Assembly: GCA_016932045.1 (NCBI GenBank)
Contig: JAFGDO010000002.1
Location: forward strand, 66,553 to 130,552
DNA length: 64,000 nt
Reading direction: 5' to 3'
Origin: Candidatus Dojkabacteria bacterium
GTDB lineage: Bacteria; Patescibacteriota; Dojkabacteria; JAHIVN01
The stretch's first letter is position 1. Each line of letters starts with the position of its first letter. The notes under the pieces are model-generated. The model was not told where the DNA came from, did no database searches, and was given only the letters and a program-made list of their open reading frames with translations. Shown here piece after piece: positions 1-10,642 of the stretch. The position numbers and the translations under genes are program-made.

Positions 1-720
1 TTCAAGACTCTGATTGAAAACAGAACTTGTAAATTCTGGTAAGGCATCTTTAGATGCAAAGTACAAAGATAGAGCCAAGAGAGGTAAGAGAATCCCTAAA
101 GATAAGAGAGCTAGACTTCCAATCTTTATTTCTCTCTTTTGAAAAACTGCTATTAGATACAAAAAGACTGCTAGAATTATGAACACTGGTTTAAGACTAA
201 ATACTAAAGCTGCACCAAAGAAAATGCCAGATAAGAACATCCATCTTGGAGTATTTTTAGTTATTAGATATATTCCAAGGGAAGAGAAGAATATAAAAAA
301 GTTTTCGAAAGTTGAAATGTTTGCATCAAATATTGGCAGACCAAAAAGAATTGCAGCTAGTAATGCCGAGGTTGAGGCTACTTTATGAGTGAATAGTTTC
401 CTAGAGATTTGGTAGACAAGAATTACTGTTCCAATTGAGGACAATAAACCAAGGATTTTTGTTAATACTAAACTTAAATTACCAGCAAAACCCGTTGCAT
501 AATAAATAAAAAATATTCCGGGCATTTCGGAGGTCCAGATATCTTTGTACAGTATTTTCCCATAGTGGAAAGAGTTGGCAACGCTTGCATAGAATCCCTC
601 ATCTGTATACCAATGAGGCTCAAAAAGACTTGGGACCCTAAGAATTATGAGTAATAATAGGATGCCTCCAATTATTAAAGTTTCCTTTTTTATATTCTTG
701 AGAATTTCTGCGATCTGCAT
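1..720 (-). CDS. ArnT/PMT-like (GT-C) membrane glycosyltransferase, truncated by window edge
   Basis: Not in ORF track. ATG at 720-718 overlaps the upstream TAA. Reads MQIAEILKNIKKETLIIGGILLLLIILRVPSLFEPHWYTDEGFYASVA, a TM helix followed by the GT-C DE motif. Confidence 0.8.
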   Translation of the reverse strand, partial: MQIAEILKNIKKETLIIGGILLLLIILRVPSLFEPHWYTDEGFYASVANSFHYGKILYKDIWTSEMPGIFFIYYATGFAGNLSLVLTKILGLLSSIGTVILVYQISRKLFTHKVASTSALLAAILFGLPIFDANISTFENFFIFFSSLGIYLITKNTPRWMFLSGIFFGAALVFSLKPVFIILAVFLYLIAVFQKREIKIGSLALLSLGILLPLLALSLYFASKDALPEFTSSVFNQSLE

Positions 721-1451
721 TATTTAGTGCCTGAAAATCTTAACTGCCATACTCGGATCATAGCCTCGAAAAATATCTTTTTATTCATCTTGGCCTTTCC
801 GTATTCTCTATCAGGAAAGATAATAGGAGTTTCAATAATTTTGAACCCCTTTTTTACTGTTCGGTATTTCATCTCTATTTGAAAGGAGTAGCCTTCTGAT
901 TTGATAGAATCAAGGTTTATGTCTTCTAGCACTTGTCTTCTAAACATATTGAAGCCGCCGGTAAAATCCTTTATATTTACTCCAAGTATTATTCTTGAGT
1001 ACAAACTCCCTCCTTTACTTATAAATTTACGCAGTAAATTCCAATTTTCAACTTTGCCGCCTTTAACATTACGTGACCCGATGACCAGATCGTATTCTTC
1101 TATTAGCTTTATGAATTCAGGAATGTATTCAGGCTTATGGGAAAAATCGGCATCCATGGAAAGAATGTAGTCATAGTTTTTTGATACCGCTTTTTTAAAA
1201 GCGTTTATATAGGCACTTGCCAGTCCAAGTTTTCCTTTGCGATGAATGACTTCGATTTTAAAGTTATTTCCTTTAATTCTTTCAACTAATTTGTCTGCGA
1301 TTTTTCCAGTGCCGTCAGGAGAGTTGTCATCAATTATAATGATAGTTGTAGATATCTGAATATCTACAACTACATCCTCGATGGCTTTTACAAGTCGTTC
1401 AATATTCTCTTTTTCATTGTAGGTAGGAATACATATAGCCAGTTTCTTCAT
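720..1451 (-). CDS. Polyprenol monophosphomannose synthase (DPM1-like GT2)
   Basis: IPTYNE, DDNSPDGT, MDADFSH, GSR, KDFTGGF and GYSFQIE motifs. Confidence 0.93.
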   Translation of the reverse strand: MKKLAICIPTYNEKENIERLVKAIEDVVVDIQISTTIIIIDDNSPDGTGKIADKLVERIKGNNFKIEVIHRKGKLGLASAYINAFKKAVSKNYDYILSMDADFSHKPEYIPEFIKLIEEYDLVIGSRNVKGGKVENWNLLRKFISKGGSLYSRIILGVNIKDFTGGFNMFRRQVLEDINLDSIKSEGYSFQIEMKYRTVKKGFKIIETPIIFPDREYGKAKMNKKIFFEAMIRVWQLRFSGTK

Positions 1452-1496
1452 ACATTACCTCCTTTAAGGTTACTCGGTTACTTAAGTTGTCAAAAG

Positions 1497-2996
1497 TTAC
1501 TCCTTCTTTTCCCACAGCTGCAAATACAGCTCTCCTTTAAAGGCCTTTTCATCAATTAAAACATAGTCTTGATAGAATTTATCGCGATCATTCATTCCAT
1601 AAATTTCAACCAACCATAATCTATCATATTTAGATAGATCTGATAAGCTTCGGGTGTAGTTATCTTCTGTAAGCATTACCTTGCCTACATAAAATGGAGT
1701 TTCGTATTCTGGATCGAAAATAGTACTTTCTGCTATGTCTTTAGCATAGAATTCAAAGGGGAAAAAGCTTTTTGCATCCATGTGTATTATTCCGTCATAT
1801 GTCGCATGATTTGTCTTTATATAAGTAGTAAGTTCACGGTAACTAGGTTTTGAAGTATTATTCTTCTGATAAATGCAGAAATAAATCTTCAGATTAATTA
1901 ATACCATTAGAATGACAACGAATATCTTTATAGTATCATTCTTGAATAATATTTTGATACCTTTGTAAACTAAAAAGATAAAGAAAGGAGCGAGGAAACT
2001 TATGTAGCGGATATAAAGAATTGGGGTAATAAATGACAATATGTATAGGATTACGAAAGGTAACCAGAAAAGTATAGAGAAGTGTATTTTTATTTTCTTC
2101 CGTTTTTTGATTTCACTGAATGTTCCAAGAAAAGATAAGAGAATTGTTCCAATATTTAAAGCTCCATCTACTATGTCGAAATTTTCTTTACTAAATAGTC
2201 TTATACCTACTGCAAATCCTGTGATAGTCTCATTGAAAGTATTTAAAGGATGAAATTTAATCCAGAAGTCAGAGACTACGTCTTGTAAGAGGGATAACAT
2301 AATTAATAACCAGGGGAAAGTTATTGCAAAAATTGTAATATAAATAACGAACCACCTTTTAATATTCTTGTTAGACATAATCTCTCTGAGCTTTCTACTT
2401 TTAAGTTCTTTTAGTAGTTTAAAAATCAATATTATTAATTCTGCTAGAACAACGAAGGCCGAGTAGCTATGAGCATAAAAGGCTAAAGAAGTAAGAACTA
2501 TATAGAGAGCAGCATTTATGAAATTGTGGTTTTGAAGCAGTTTTGAGAAGAAGTAAAACGATCCTAACACTAAAAACATCAATAGTGAATATACCCTAGC
2601 TTCCTGTGCATAGACAATCACAACAATATTTACACAGAATATTGTTGCTATAAGCATTTGGTCTATCCTCCTTTTGAAGTAGTCCTTTACGAAGAGGATG
2701 AAGGAAATTAGGGTCCCAATACTAAATAAAAATGAAGGTAGTCTAACTGATATTTCACTGACCCCAAAAACTTTGATCCAAAAGTGCAGAAGGAAGTTGT
2801 ATATAAAAGAACTTGTATCTGAAAGGGCAATCTTAAGGAATTCCGGAAATGGTTTTTGTGCAAGAATCACCGAAAAAGCTTCGTCACGCCATAGGTCTTC
2901 CTGTCCAAGGTTATAAAAGCGAAGGAAAATAGCTAAGATGAAGATTATTCCCAGTCCTATATAGTACCAATTGTCTTTCTTTAAGTTAATGCGCAT
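1497..2996 (-). CDS. GT39/ArnT-family membrane glycosyltransferase
   Basis: LRFYNLGQEDLWRDEAFS, VRLPS and QEARVYSL motifs; many TM segments; adjacent to the DPM1-like gene. Confidence 0.88.
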   Translation of the reverse strand: MRINLKKDNWYYIGLGIIFILAIFLRFYNLGQEDLWRDEAFSVILAQKPFPEFLKIALSDTSSFIYNFLLHFWIKVFGVSEISVRLPSFLFSIGTLISFILFVKDYFKRRIDQMLIATIFCVNIVVIVYAQEARVYSLLMFLVLGSFYFFSKLLQNHNFINAALYIVLTSLAFYAHSYSAFVVLAELIILIFKLLKELKSRKLREIMSNKNIKRWFVIYITIFAITFPWLLIMLSLLQDVVSDFWIKFHPLNTFNETITGFAVGIRLFSKENFDIVDGALNIGTILLSFLGTFSEIKKRKKIKIHFSILFWLPFVILYILSFITPILYIRYISFLAPFFIFLVYKGIKILFKNDTIKIFVVILMVLINLKIYFCIYQKNNTSKPSYRELTTYIKTNHATYDGIIHMDAKSFFPFEFYAKDIAESTIFDPEYETPFYVGKVMLTEDNYTRSLSDLSKYDRLWLVEIYGMNDRDKFYQDYVLIDEKAFKGELYLQLWEKKE

Positions 2997-3137
2997 TTCG
3001 CAAGGATTTTACCAGATTTAAGATCAAAGTACGAAACCAGAAATAGGAGATACTAAGCAAATTCCTAATTTGACTCATATTTCAGATTTTGAAGTTCGGA
3101 CTTTTGAACCATTCACAATCTACTATTTATCTCATAC

Positions 3138-4775
3138 TTACATCATTAAATCCCTTCCAGTCATGGTTTGAGGTACCTGGATACCAAGTGCAGCAAGAAC
3201 GGTGGGGGCAATATCTGCAAGAATGCCTGTTGTTAGCTCTCGTGTTTCATAGTTGTTTGAAACATACAAAAAGGGAACAGGGTTTGTGGAATGTTCTGTA
3301 TCGACCTCTCCGGTTTGCAGATTAACCAGTTCTTCAACATTACCATGATCCGCAGTAACCAGCATTTCGCCACCTTTTGCGAGAACTGCTGCAGCAATCT
3401 TACCTAAGCACTCATCGACCACTTCAGAAGCCTTAATTGAGGCTTCAAGTTTGCCTGTATGGGCGACCATATCTGTACTTGCATAATTGACCAGGATAAA
3501 GTCATATACTCCCTCTTCAATTTTTTTAAGCAGTGTGTCGGTAATTTCATAGGAGCTCATTTCAGGTTTTTCATCATAAGTTTTAACTTCCTTAGGGGAT
3601 GGGATTTCTAATCGATCCTCACCTGTAAATGGATTTTTCGTTCGACAATTAAAAAAATAAGTTACATGTGGGAATTTTTCAGATTCGGTGAGTCTGAGCT
3701 GTTTGAGTCCTGCATCTGAAATTAGCCGTCCCAAAGAATACTCAACTTTTTCCGGGGGGAAAATTTGTTTTGCGGGAAAACCAGTATCTGTTTTCTGCAT
3801 TTCTTCTTGAAACAATTTCTGAACCATTTCACTTTCTCCGCCAGGTAGTGCAGTATCTTCATCGGCTCGGTTCATTACCATTCCCTTTTCATAGTTTGAG
3901 AAACCGGCAAAGAAGACGTTTTCTATCCTTTCTTTCTGCCATCCAGAGAAGTTTTCTTCTTCAAATGCTTTTGCGAGCTGAACTGCCCTATCTGCTCTAT
4001 AATTGAAGAAGATGACAGCATCGCCGGGTGTAACAGTTGCTATCGGACTACCGTCTTTTGCTATGACATATGACTTTACGTATTCATCTGTATCTCCTTG
4101 GTTGTATGACGAATCAAGAGCCTCTTTCCAGTCTCCTACTTGAGTTCCCTTTCCATATGCTATGAGGTCATAGGCCTGCTGAGTTCTCTCCCACCGTTCA
4201 TCGCGGTCCATTGCGAAGTAACGCCCAATTACTGAAGCAATTTTTGCAGATTTTCCTGTTTTTTTCTCAAGTTCGCTTAAATATTTCTCTGCGCTTTTTG
4301 GAGGCACGTCTCTTCCATCAGTAAATGCATGGATAAAGACGTTTTTAAGACCGGACTTTTTACAAAACTCAACACAAGCATATAGATGATCCATCGATGA
4401 GTGTACTTTTCCCGGACTAGTTAGTCCCATAAGATGTACTTTTCCTCCTGAATTTTTCACATGCTGTGCAGCTTCGGTAAACGTGGGATTCTTGTAGAAT
4501 ATTCCTGTTTCCATTTCATGATCAATTCTTGCTATCTCCTGGAAGATCACTTTACCGGCACCAAGGCCCATATGTCCGACCTCGCTGTTTCCGTTAACAC
4601 CCGAAGGCAAGCCTACATTTGTACCGGAAGCCTGCAGGAAGCAGTGAGGATACTTAAACCAAAAGTTATCTAAGTTAGGTGTTTTTGCCTGTGTTACTGC
4701 ATTACCAGGATTTGGTGGAGCTACTCCGAGACCATCAAGAACTATTAGGACAATAGGTTTAGGTTGATTTGTCAC
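3138..4775 (-). CDS. gpmI: 2,3-bisphosphoglycerate-independent phosphoglycerate mutase
   Basis: LDGLG, GNSEVGH, DGRD, GRYFAMDRD, NYRADR, ESEKFPHVTYFF, DMVAHTG and TADHGN motifs. Confidence 0.97.
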   Translation of the reverse strand: MTNQPKPIVLIVLDGLGVAPPNPGNAVTQAKTPNLDNFWFKYPHCFLQASGTNVGLPSGVNGNSEVGHMGLGAGKVIFQEIARIDHEMETGIFYKNPTFTEAAQHVKNSGGKVHLMGLTSPGKVHSSMDHLYACVEFCKKSGLKNVFIHAFTDGRDVPPKSAEKYLSELEKKTGKSAKIASVIGRYFAMDRDERWERTQQAYDLIAYGKGTQVGDWKEALDSSYNQGDTDEYVKSYVIAKDGSPIATVTPGDAVIFFNYRADRAVQLAKAFEEENFSGWQKERIENVFFAGFSNYEKGMVMNRADEDTALPGGESEMVQKLFQEEMQKTDTGFPAKQIFPPEKVEYSLGRLISDAGLKQLRLTESEKFPHVTYFFNCRTKNPFTGEDRLEIPSPKEVKTYDEKPEMSSYEITDTLLKKIEEGVYDFILVNYASTDMVAHTGKLEASIKASEVVDECLGKIAAAVLAKGGEMLVTADHGNVEELVNLQTGEVDTEHSTNPVPFLYVSNNYETRELTTGILADIAPTVLAALGIQVPQTMTGRDLMM

Positions 4776-4908
4776 ATTTCATAAAGCTTATGTTAAATGC
4801 AGTCGTGATCCGTTTTGCAAAAATAATCTATCATAAATTCCCATATACAACAAATTAATGAAAGTAAATTTCCTTGTATCAAATTATAAATACAATATAT
4901 AGATTATT

Positions 4909-4940
4909 AAAAAAAGAAGCACATTATAAAATGTGCTTCT
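4909..4940 (-). terminator. Rho-independent terminator
   Basis: AGAAGCACATT-4 nt-AATGTGCTTCT stem (4915-4940) followed by a U-run on the minus strand, just after the 4973 ORF. Confidence 0.75.
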
Positions 4941-4972
4941 TCTGATTCTGTCTTAAGTTAAATGGGATCTTT

Positions 4973-5779
4973 CTAATCCCACCCCTCTCTTGGTTTATCG
5001 CTATCTCCTTCATTTGAACCGCCTTCTCCTATAGAACCATCTCTATCCTGATCTTGGGGTCTTTGCTGAACTCCTACTCCGCCTGGTTCTCCTTGAGTAT
5101 CTTCGGAATCTGATACGTTGACATTTAAGCTGTCTGTTGAATCGATGTCTTTATTCTTTTGATTTTGATTCTTAACCTGTTCCATTATTTCATTATGAGT
5201 TTCGTTTTGATTCTCATACCTATTCATCACTCTTTCTTTTGCTTGGTCTTCTACTTCTCCCTCATTGTGCTTTTCTTCCATATTTCTAACTCTCTCCTGA
5301 ACTCGCTCTCTTTGTGCTTCTACTTCTTGAACAGCCTCATTGATTCTTTCTTGAGACTCTTTTCTCTCTTGTAACCTCTCCAATTCCTGCATTCTCTCAT
5401 CTAGTATGTCCATTTCAAGTTGTGCTGACTTTTCAGGATCATTAGTAAATGATCTTTGTAAACTTTCCATGGCTTTATCCACAGAGTATAAAAAATCTCC
5501 CGGAACAGAAGCTTCTGCTGCATAAGCAGTTGTACCTCCAATGAGAAGTACACAGATACCGACACCAAGTGCAACGAACAATTTGGCTTTGGTATTCATT
5601 GTTGAAAATATTAAAAAATTAAAGTTCACAAATCTATTACGAAGACTTTCCTTTTTGGGTACATCTTTTTGTATCATCCTATTTAGATATTGATAAGTAG
5701 TTAGCTGCCAGTCCTTATCTGGAACAATCGGTAAATTATTTAGTTTTTCTATGAAATTATCTTGGTTATTTTTTCCCAT
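4973..5779 (-). CDS. DUF5667-like single-TM protein, putative anti-sigma factor
   Basis: Overlaps the ECF sigma 3' end; short N-terminal domain, TM, ASVPGDFLYSVDKAME motif, coiled coil and acidic tail. Confidence 0.65.
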   Translation of the reverse strand: MGKNNQDNFIEKLNNLPIVPDKDWQLTTYQYLNRMIQKDVPKKESLRNRFVNFNFLIFSTMNTKAKLFVALGVGICVLLIGGTTAYAAEASVPGDFLYSVDKAMESLQRSFTNDPEKSAQLEMDILDERMQELERLQERKESQERINEAVQEVEAQRERVQERVRNMEEKHNEGEVEDQAKERVMNRYENQNETHNEIMEQVKNQNQKNKDIDSTDSLNVNVSDSEDTQGEPGGVGVQQRPQDQDRDGSIGEGGSNEGDSDKPREGWD

Positions 5780-6290
5780 TGATTGTATCTCTCAGCTTAT
5801 CTAAAGCTCTATAGATTGATATTTTAGTGGCAGTATATTTCTTGCCAATCATTTCCGAAATTTCCCTAATGCTAAATCCCTCAATAAATCGTAGTATTAT
5901 TAATTCCTTCTCTTCCTTTGATAGCTTATTTAAGTTTTGAATAATTTGTTCATACATTAACGTGTTATCTATATCTTGTTCTATTGCTAAATCGTGAATT
6001 TCCTCGTTGTAAGGTATTGCATGAAGTTTTGCTTTTCTATATTGGTCTATCACAATATTTCTTGCTATGATAAAGAGCCAGTTTTTTAAAGAAGACTTCG
6101 TTTTGTCAAAAGCCTCTCTGTTTTTCCAGGCTTTTTCAAAAACCTCTTGAGTCAAATCCTGGGCAAGCTCCTTTTGACAGTTAATGCGCAGGTAGATATA
6201 TCTAAATATACTAGTATTCAGTTTTTTAAAAGCTTCAAGCAAATCCTTTCCTGAGTCTAGGCCAGCTTTACTTTTAGGATGCATTTTCAT
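5766..6290 (-). CDS. ECF sigma-70 factor
   Basis: AQDLTQEVFEKAW and WLFIIARNIVID (region 2); LRFIEGFSIREISEMIG...IYRAL (region 4). Confidence 0.95.
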   Translation of the reverse strand: MKMHPKSKAGLDSGKDLLEAFKKLNTSIFRYIYLRINCQKELAQDLTQEVFEKAWKNREAFDKTKSSLKNWLFIIARNIVIDQYRKAKLHAIPYNEEIHDLAIEQDIDNTLMYEQIIQNLNKLSKEEKELIILRFIEGFSIREISEMIGKKYTATKISIYRALDKLRDTINGKK

Positions 6291-6425
6291 ATGTTTACGT
6301 AAATATAGTAGTCAGGGTACTTTTATAACAAAGTATTATAACCTAAATTACACACACAAAAAACACGGTTAGTTTATTTTTGGTTTGGGATTTGGGCATA
6401 TAAGGGTTCTAGATAAATTTTTGTA

Positions 6426-8129
6426 TTATGCAAGGAACATGCTTTGTGCAAATTCTATCCTTTTTAGAAAATAGAAAGAAAATCTCAACATAAGAAAGAT
6501 GAGGATGAAAGATACTACTTCAAATGTTGCTATACAAGCAAGATTTTCAAGCCGGATGTATTTATAAAAGGTTAAAGCTCCCCATGCGCCATAAAGTATA
6601 GCTGCAAAAGTGAAAATTAGGCCGGGGACAGATGTACCAAGAACTTCGGGATTATCTGTCTCAAAATTGGGGAAGACAAATCCTAAGAACAATCCTAGTA
6701 ACGTCGTTGTTATGACAGTAGTTATAAATATTAATATGTACAGTAAAGAGGGTATTATTCCAGGTAAAAATACTACTAGATTAAATATACTTACTCCTAA
6801 ACCCATTATGGAGAATAGAAATGAAAAGAAAAAAAATTTCGAATACATAACCTTTTTTAAACTTACAGGTGAACTGCCTATGATCCAGGCGGTTTTTCTC
6901 TCTGTACTAAAAGAAGGAAAGACATACCTTAACACAAATGCTGTAATAAAGTAGATTCCAACCGCGATCTGGAAAGCAAAAACTGTGTCTGCCATAGATT
7001 CGCTTCCAAAATCATACTTTTGCATCGCTCGTTTAAGAAGCAGATTAATTGCAGTATATATTAACCACAGGGATAATATAAAACTTACCCAGGCAATATC
7101 CTTTAGGTCACGTCGCATTACCACAAATTCCTTTTCAAATAATGCTCCGATTTGACCTTTTAATATCTTCGGGAACTTGCCAATCGGCAGTGTCTTATCA
7201 AAATTTATCTTTGTTCTGGCCTCAAACGAGCCTTCTTGAAGCTTCTGCCAAATTGTCAGAAATCCCCTCGTACTAAGGTAAGTTGCGATAGCTAGAATTG
7301 CTGTAGTTACAGTAGTAACAGCAAAATGAAAAATTGCTTCAGGATATTTATCTTCTTGCAGATGGAACAGGAAAAGTGAAGGGGAGTGAGAAGGCATAAA
7401 AGTGAACCGCGTTTCTACAAGATTCACATCGAATTCTTGAACATCTGTTATTGGAATTTGCCAGAATTCTATAAAGTCTGAAGGTACAGCTTTTTTCCAT
7501 CCAAGCACAAGGAGTAGTATAAATATGAAAAGACATATAATCATTATGTTGAAGACCGTTACAAACTTATATGTCTTACCTGAAACCATTTTAAGTAGTT
7601 GTGCAGTCGCGAATACAAGAAACACGCTAAATAGCATTGCAATAACTGAGAGCAATGAGACATTGAGTAGCATAAGAAAGAATGAAAGCAGACTGGTTTC
7701 AAAAACTGTTTTTATTGCTAGTGTAAGTGGAACCGCTAGCAGTAGAATTGAAATTAAAGATGAGGAGGCTATTTTCCCCAGATAATAAAAAGGGATAATC
7801 TTGAATTTAGGTGTGGCCAGTATCCAGTTGTCATCTGAGCTTCTAAGCAGCGTAAAAAGCAGAAATAGCATAGAGCTAAAACTGGTAATGTAGAAAAAGA
7901 CCGCAAGATAAAGCTCATAAACATACAATGTAAAAGCTTCCTTGTATAAGATGTATCCTTGCAGGAACTCAAGTCCCGAGACTCCAAAACGGTAAATACT
8001 AAATCCGACGCCCAAGAACAGAAGCATTCCAATCCCTGCAGTGATAATCTTTCCAGCTGTTTGCGATTTTAGATAACGAAGTGCGGATCTTATTTTAAAT
8101 AGAAAAACTCTTGCAAGCGGACTGTTCAT
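6426..8129 (-). CDS. ABC-2 type exporter permease (tandem-duplicated type)
   Basis: About 14 TM segments; KEFVVMRRD and FSTERKTAWIIGSSP motifs; overlaps the ATPase gene. Confidence 0.8.
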   Translation of the reverse strand: MNSPLARVFLFKIRSALRYLKSQTAGKIITAGIGMLLFLGVGFSIYRFGVSGLEFLQGYILYKEAFTLYVYELYLAVFFYITSFSSMLFLLFTLLRSSDDNWILATPKFKIIPFYYLGKIASSSLISILLLAVPLTLAIKTVFETSLLSFFLMLLNVSLLSVIAMLFSVFLVFATAQLLKMVSGKTYKFVTVFNIMIICLFIFILLLVLGWKKAVPSDFIEFWQIPITDVQEFDVNLVETRFTFMPSHSPSLFLFHLQEDKYPEAIFHFAVTTVTTAILAIATYLSTRGFLTIWQKLQEGSFEARTKINFDKTLPIGKFPKILKGQIGALFEKEFVVMRRDLKDIAWVSFILSLWLIYTAINLLLKRAMQKYDFGSESMADTVFAFQIAVGIYFITAFVLRYVFPSFSTERKTAWIIGSSPVSLKKVMYSKFFFFSFLFSIMGLGVSIFNLVVFLPGIIPSLLYILIFITTVITTTLLGLFLGFVFPNFETDNPEVLGTSVPGLIFTFAAILYGAWGALTFYKYIRLENLACIATFEVVSFILIFLMLRFSFYFLKRIEFAQSMFLA

Positions 8130-8863
8130 TTGTTTTCAGTAAGTTTAAGATAAATGTCTTCAAGCGAAGCTTTGCTTGCTAGTTGGGCTTGCTTTCTGAG
8201 TTCGTTCAGATTCCCTACAGTTATCAGTTTTCCCTCCTTTAGAACTCCAATTCTCGAAGCAGTACTTGATGCAATTGAGAGAATGTGAGTAGCCATAAAG
8301 ATGGTTCCACCGGCCTTTGTATATTTCTGGAGTTCATTTTCAGTTGTGGATATACTTTTTGGATCAAGTCCTACTGCGGGTTCATCAATTACAAGAATTT
8401 CCGGTTTATGAAGTAAAGCTCCCAAAAATGTAAATTTTTGCTTATTTCCTCTTGAATAATTCTGAAAGTAACCCTTTTGTATTCCTTCTAAGTCGTAAAT
8501 TTTTAGTAGTGATTTAATTCTTTTGGTTCTTTCTTTCTCTTCTATGTTATGGAGTGTTCCTACTATGTGAAGAAATTCTTCTCCAGTAAGGTAATTCCAG
8601 ACACTAGGTTCGTCTGGGATATAGCCGAGGTATGATTTAGATGTGATAGGGTCTTCCTCGACATCAGCATTATTTATTTTAACCTTGCCTTCTGTAGCTT
8701 TTAATAATCCTACAATGATTTTGATGATAGTTGTCTTACCTGAACCATTTGGTCCGATAAGTGCAAAAATCTCACCAGGTTCTACTTTTAATGATAGATT
8801 ATTAACAGCAACGAAACTTCCAAACTTTTTAGTGAGATTAGAGATTTCTAGTATTGTGGACAT
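8126..8863 (-). CDS. ABC transporter ATP-binding protein (likely start MSTILE)
   Basis: Walker A GPNGSGKT, signature-like YSRGNKQK, Walker B LVIDEP, H-loop ATH. Confidence 0.93.
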   Translation of the reverse strand: MSTILEISNLTKKFGSFVAVNNLSLKVEPGEIFALIGPNGSGKTTIIKIIVGLLKATEGKVKINNADVEEDPITSKSYLGYIPDEPSVWNYLTGEEFLHIVGTLHNIEEKERTKRIKSLLKIYDLEGIQKGYFQNYSRGNKQKFTFLGALLHKPEILVIDEPAVGLDPKSISTTENELQKYTKAGGTIFMATHILSIASSTASRIGVLKEGKLITVGNLNELRKQAQLASKASLEDIYLKLTENK

Positions 8864-8939
8864 AAGTAGACAGTTTGATAAGTTAAGCTCAAAGTTGACT
8901 ACATACATAGTAACAGATAGATACGTACTAGTCTAGAAA

Positions 8940-9686
8940 TTATCTTGGATTGGGGACAAGACTTTTAATTTGCGCTAAATATTGTGTAAGTCTAGTGATC
9001 AAATGCATTACTGCAATAGTGCCAAAGATTATTGATCCTTCAACATGCCAAAAGTAGAGTTTGCTCGCGAAATTTATAAGGCTAGAAAATTGAAATTGCA
9101 AAGTCATCACTATTCCAAACAAAAAGGATGGGACAAGAGTTAGAAGAAGCATAGAATTCCAAAATAGATTAAAATTATTCTTCGTGAGAATGATATATTG
9201 ATTCTTAGAATTAACTTTTGTGATTCTCCAAGTAGCTAGATAGAAAAAAAGAGAAGCTAAAAAAGGCAGCCAAAAATTATATGGATTTCTTACTTTTGCT
9301 TCTTCTTGATCTTGCTTTTGAGATGAACCTGTAGAAGTGTCTTCCGTTTTAGTTTCTAGATCTCCTATATAATAATCGTCAAGCATGGCATAGGTTCTGG
9401 CTTTGTGATCTCTACCAAGTCCTGCTTTCGTTTTAAAGTCTTCAGTCATGTCTTGACCGCACCAATCTCTTATATCAAGGTATACGTCATGATCAGAAAT
9501 ATAGTTTGAGAAATCATAAACTCTATCTTCAAATATCATCCAGCAGTTGTTTGCCTTATTATGATTTTCTACTTCCGAAGTAGATATCTTAGTTCCGGCT
9601 TGAATGTCTCCTTTAAGAGAAAAAAATATTAATGCTGTTAAAAGAAGTATTTGTGTATTCCTTTGTTTCATATCGTGTGGATCCAT
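8940..9686 (-). CDS. Cytochrome b5-like heme-binding domain fused to a 3-TM His-containing (DUF4405-like) domain
   Basis: EVENHNKANNCWMIFEDRVYDFS...H...CGQDMTEDF...H...YYIGDL is the b5 pattern; TM region contains WHVE and MHL. Confidence 0.8.
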   Translation of the reverse strand: MDPHDMKQRNTQILLLTALIFFSLKGDIQAGTKISTSEVENHNKANNCWMIFEDRVYDFSNYISDHDVYLDIRDWCGQDMTEDFKTKAGLGRDHKARTYAMLDDYYIGDLETKTEDTSTGSSQKQDQEEAKVRNPYNFWLPFLASLFFYLATWRITKVNSKNQYIILTKNNFNLFWNSMLLLTLVPSFLFGIVMTLQFQFSSLINFASKLYFWHVEGSIIFGTIAVMHLITRLTQYLAQIKSLVPNPR

Positions 9687-9765
9687 AAACTGATTTAGAA
9701 CTACATATTATACATAAAAAGTAAATTTAAAAAAAAGATTACTAATGAGAATTTGAAATTGTTAG

Positions 9766-10515
9766 CTAAATTTCTGTAATTTTCTTTTGTAATTCTTCGA
9801 AAGGAGATAAGCCTACACTCCAGTAGCCGATGAAAGGATTATTTAAATCATTTATGATCTGGTGAATTAGAGAGATAAAGAAGGTGATTGTGAATGTTGA
9901 AAATAGATGATACCAGATGTTGTCGAAAGGCATTATGACAGTTGTTACCACCATGATAACTGATGCTAAGGTGATAAATGTCTGCAATGGTCGAGGAAGC
10001 CTTGCAAGACTTTCTCGTATTCTTTCGGTCCGTGTATCCCTCATTTCTTTGAACTGATTAATTACATGATCAAAAATTATCGGATCGTGGTCGTCATCAA
10101 ATTCAGTTGTATCAATAATTCCAGAGATATTATTAATTATCGGTTCCATCTTGATTCTTTTTTGTTCAAGACTCATCCGATGATTTTTAAGTACAAGGTC
10201 AATATATTCAAGAATTTCTTTTTTCAATTTTTCCTTAAGATCTTCATCACGGAAATCGCAAACTAGGTTAAATAAACCTTCGATATCTTTTGCTTCCTTT
10301 TCAATCAGTTTTTGGATTGTATTCTTTTGATTCCAGACTTCAATAACTATAAAACCAACTATCACACCGTATATTGTCCCAAAAGCTGTTACAAATGAAC
10401 CTAGGCTTGATGAATCAACCTGATACAAACTGAAATCAAGGACTCTATCAATATAGTAAGTGCAAACAAGTAGGAAAGTTGAAATTATGATTGTTTTAAG
10501 TAGCATTATCTTCAT
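9766..10515 (-). CDS. DUF4239/bestrophin-like membrane protein
   Basis: GTIYGVIVGFIVIEVW, R..R and DLNNPFIG motifs. Confidence 0.75.
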   Translation of the reverse strand: MKIMLLKTIIISTFLLVCTYYIDRVLDFSLYQVDSSSLGSFVTAFGTIYGVIVGFIVIEVWNQKNTIQKLIEKEAKDIEGLFNLVCDFRDEDLKEKLKKEILEYIDLVLKNHRMSLEQKRIKMEPIINNISGIIDTTEFDDDHDPIIFDHVINQFKEMRDTRTERIRESLARLPRPLQTFITLASVIMVVTTVIMPFDNIWYHLFSTFTITFFISLIHQIINDLNNPFIGYWSVGLSPFEELQKKITEI

Positions 10516-10642
10516 CTCGGACAGTCCATGATAAATATTTCTTTAGACATTGTAATATTTTCATAGATTGTATTCAAATTTTTATGAGGTGCATATATGA
10601 TGATATAATCTTTATGATACTTTATTTTAGTAATTGTGATAA

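Noticed and set aside
179-388. Short antisense ORFs in the track (this one and about 50 others overlapping long genes)
   Set aside because: Shadow ORFs opposite or within well-supported genes, with no motifs.
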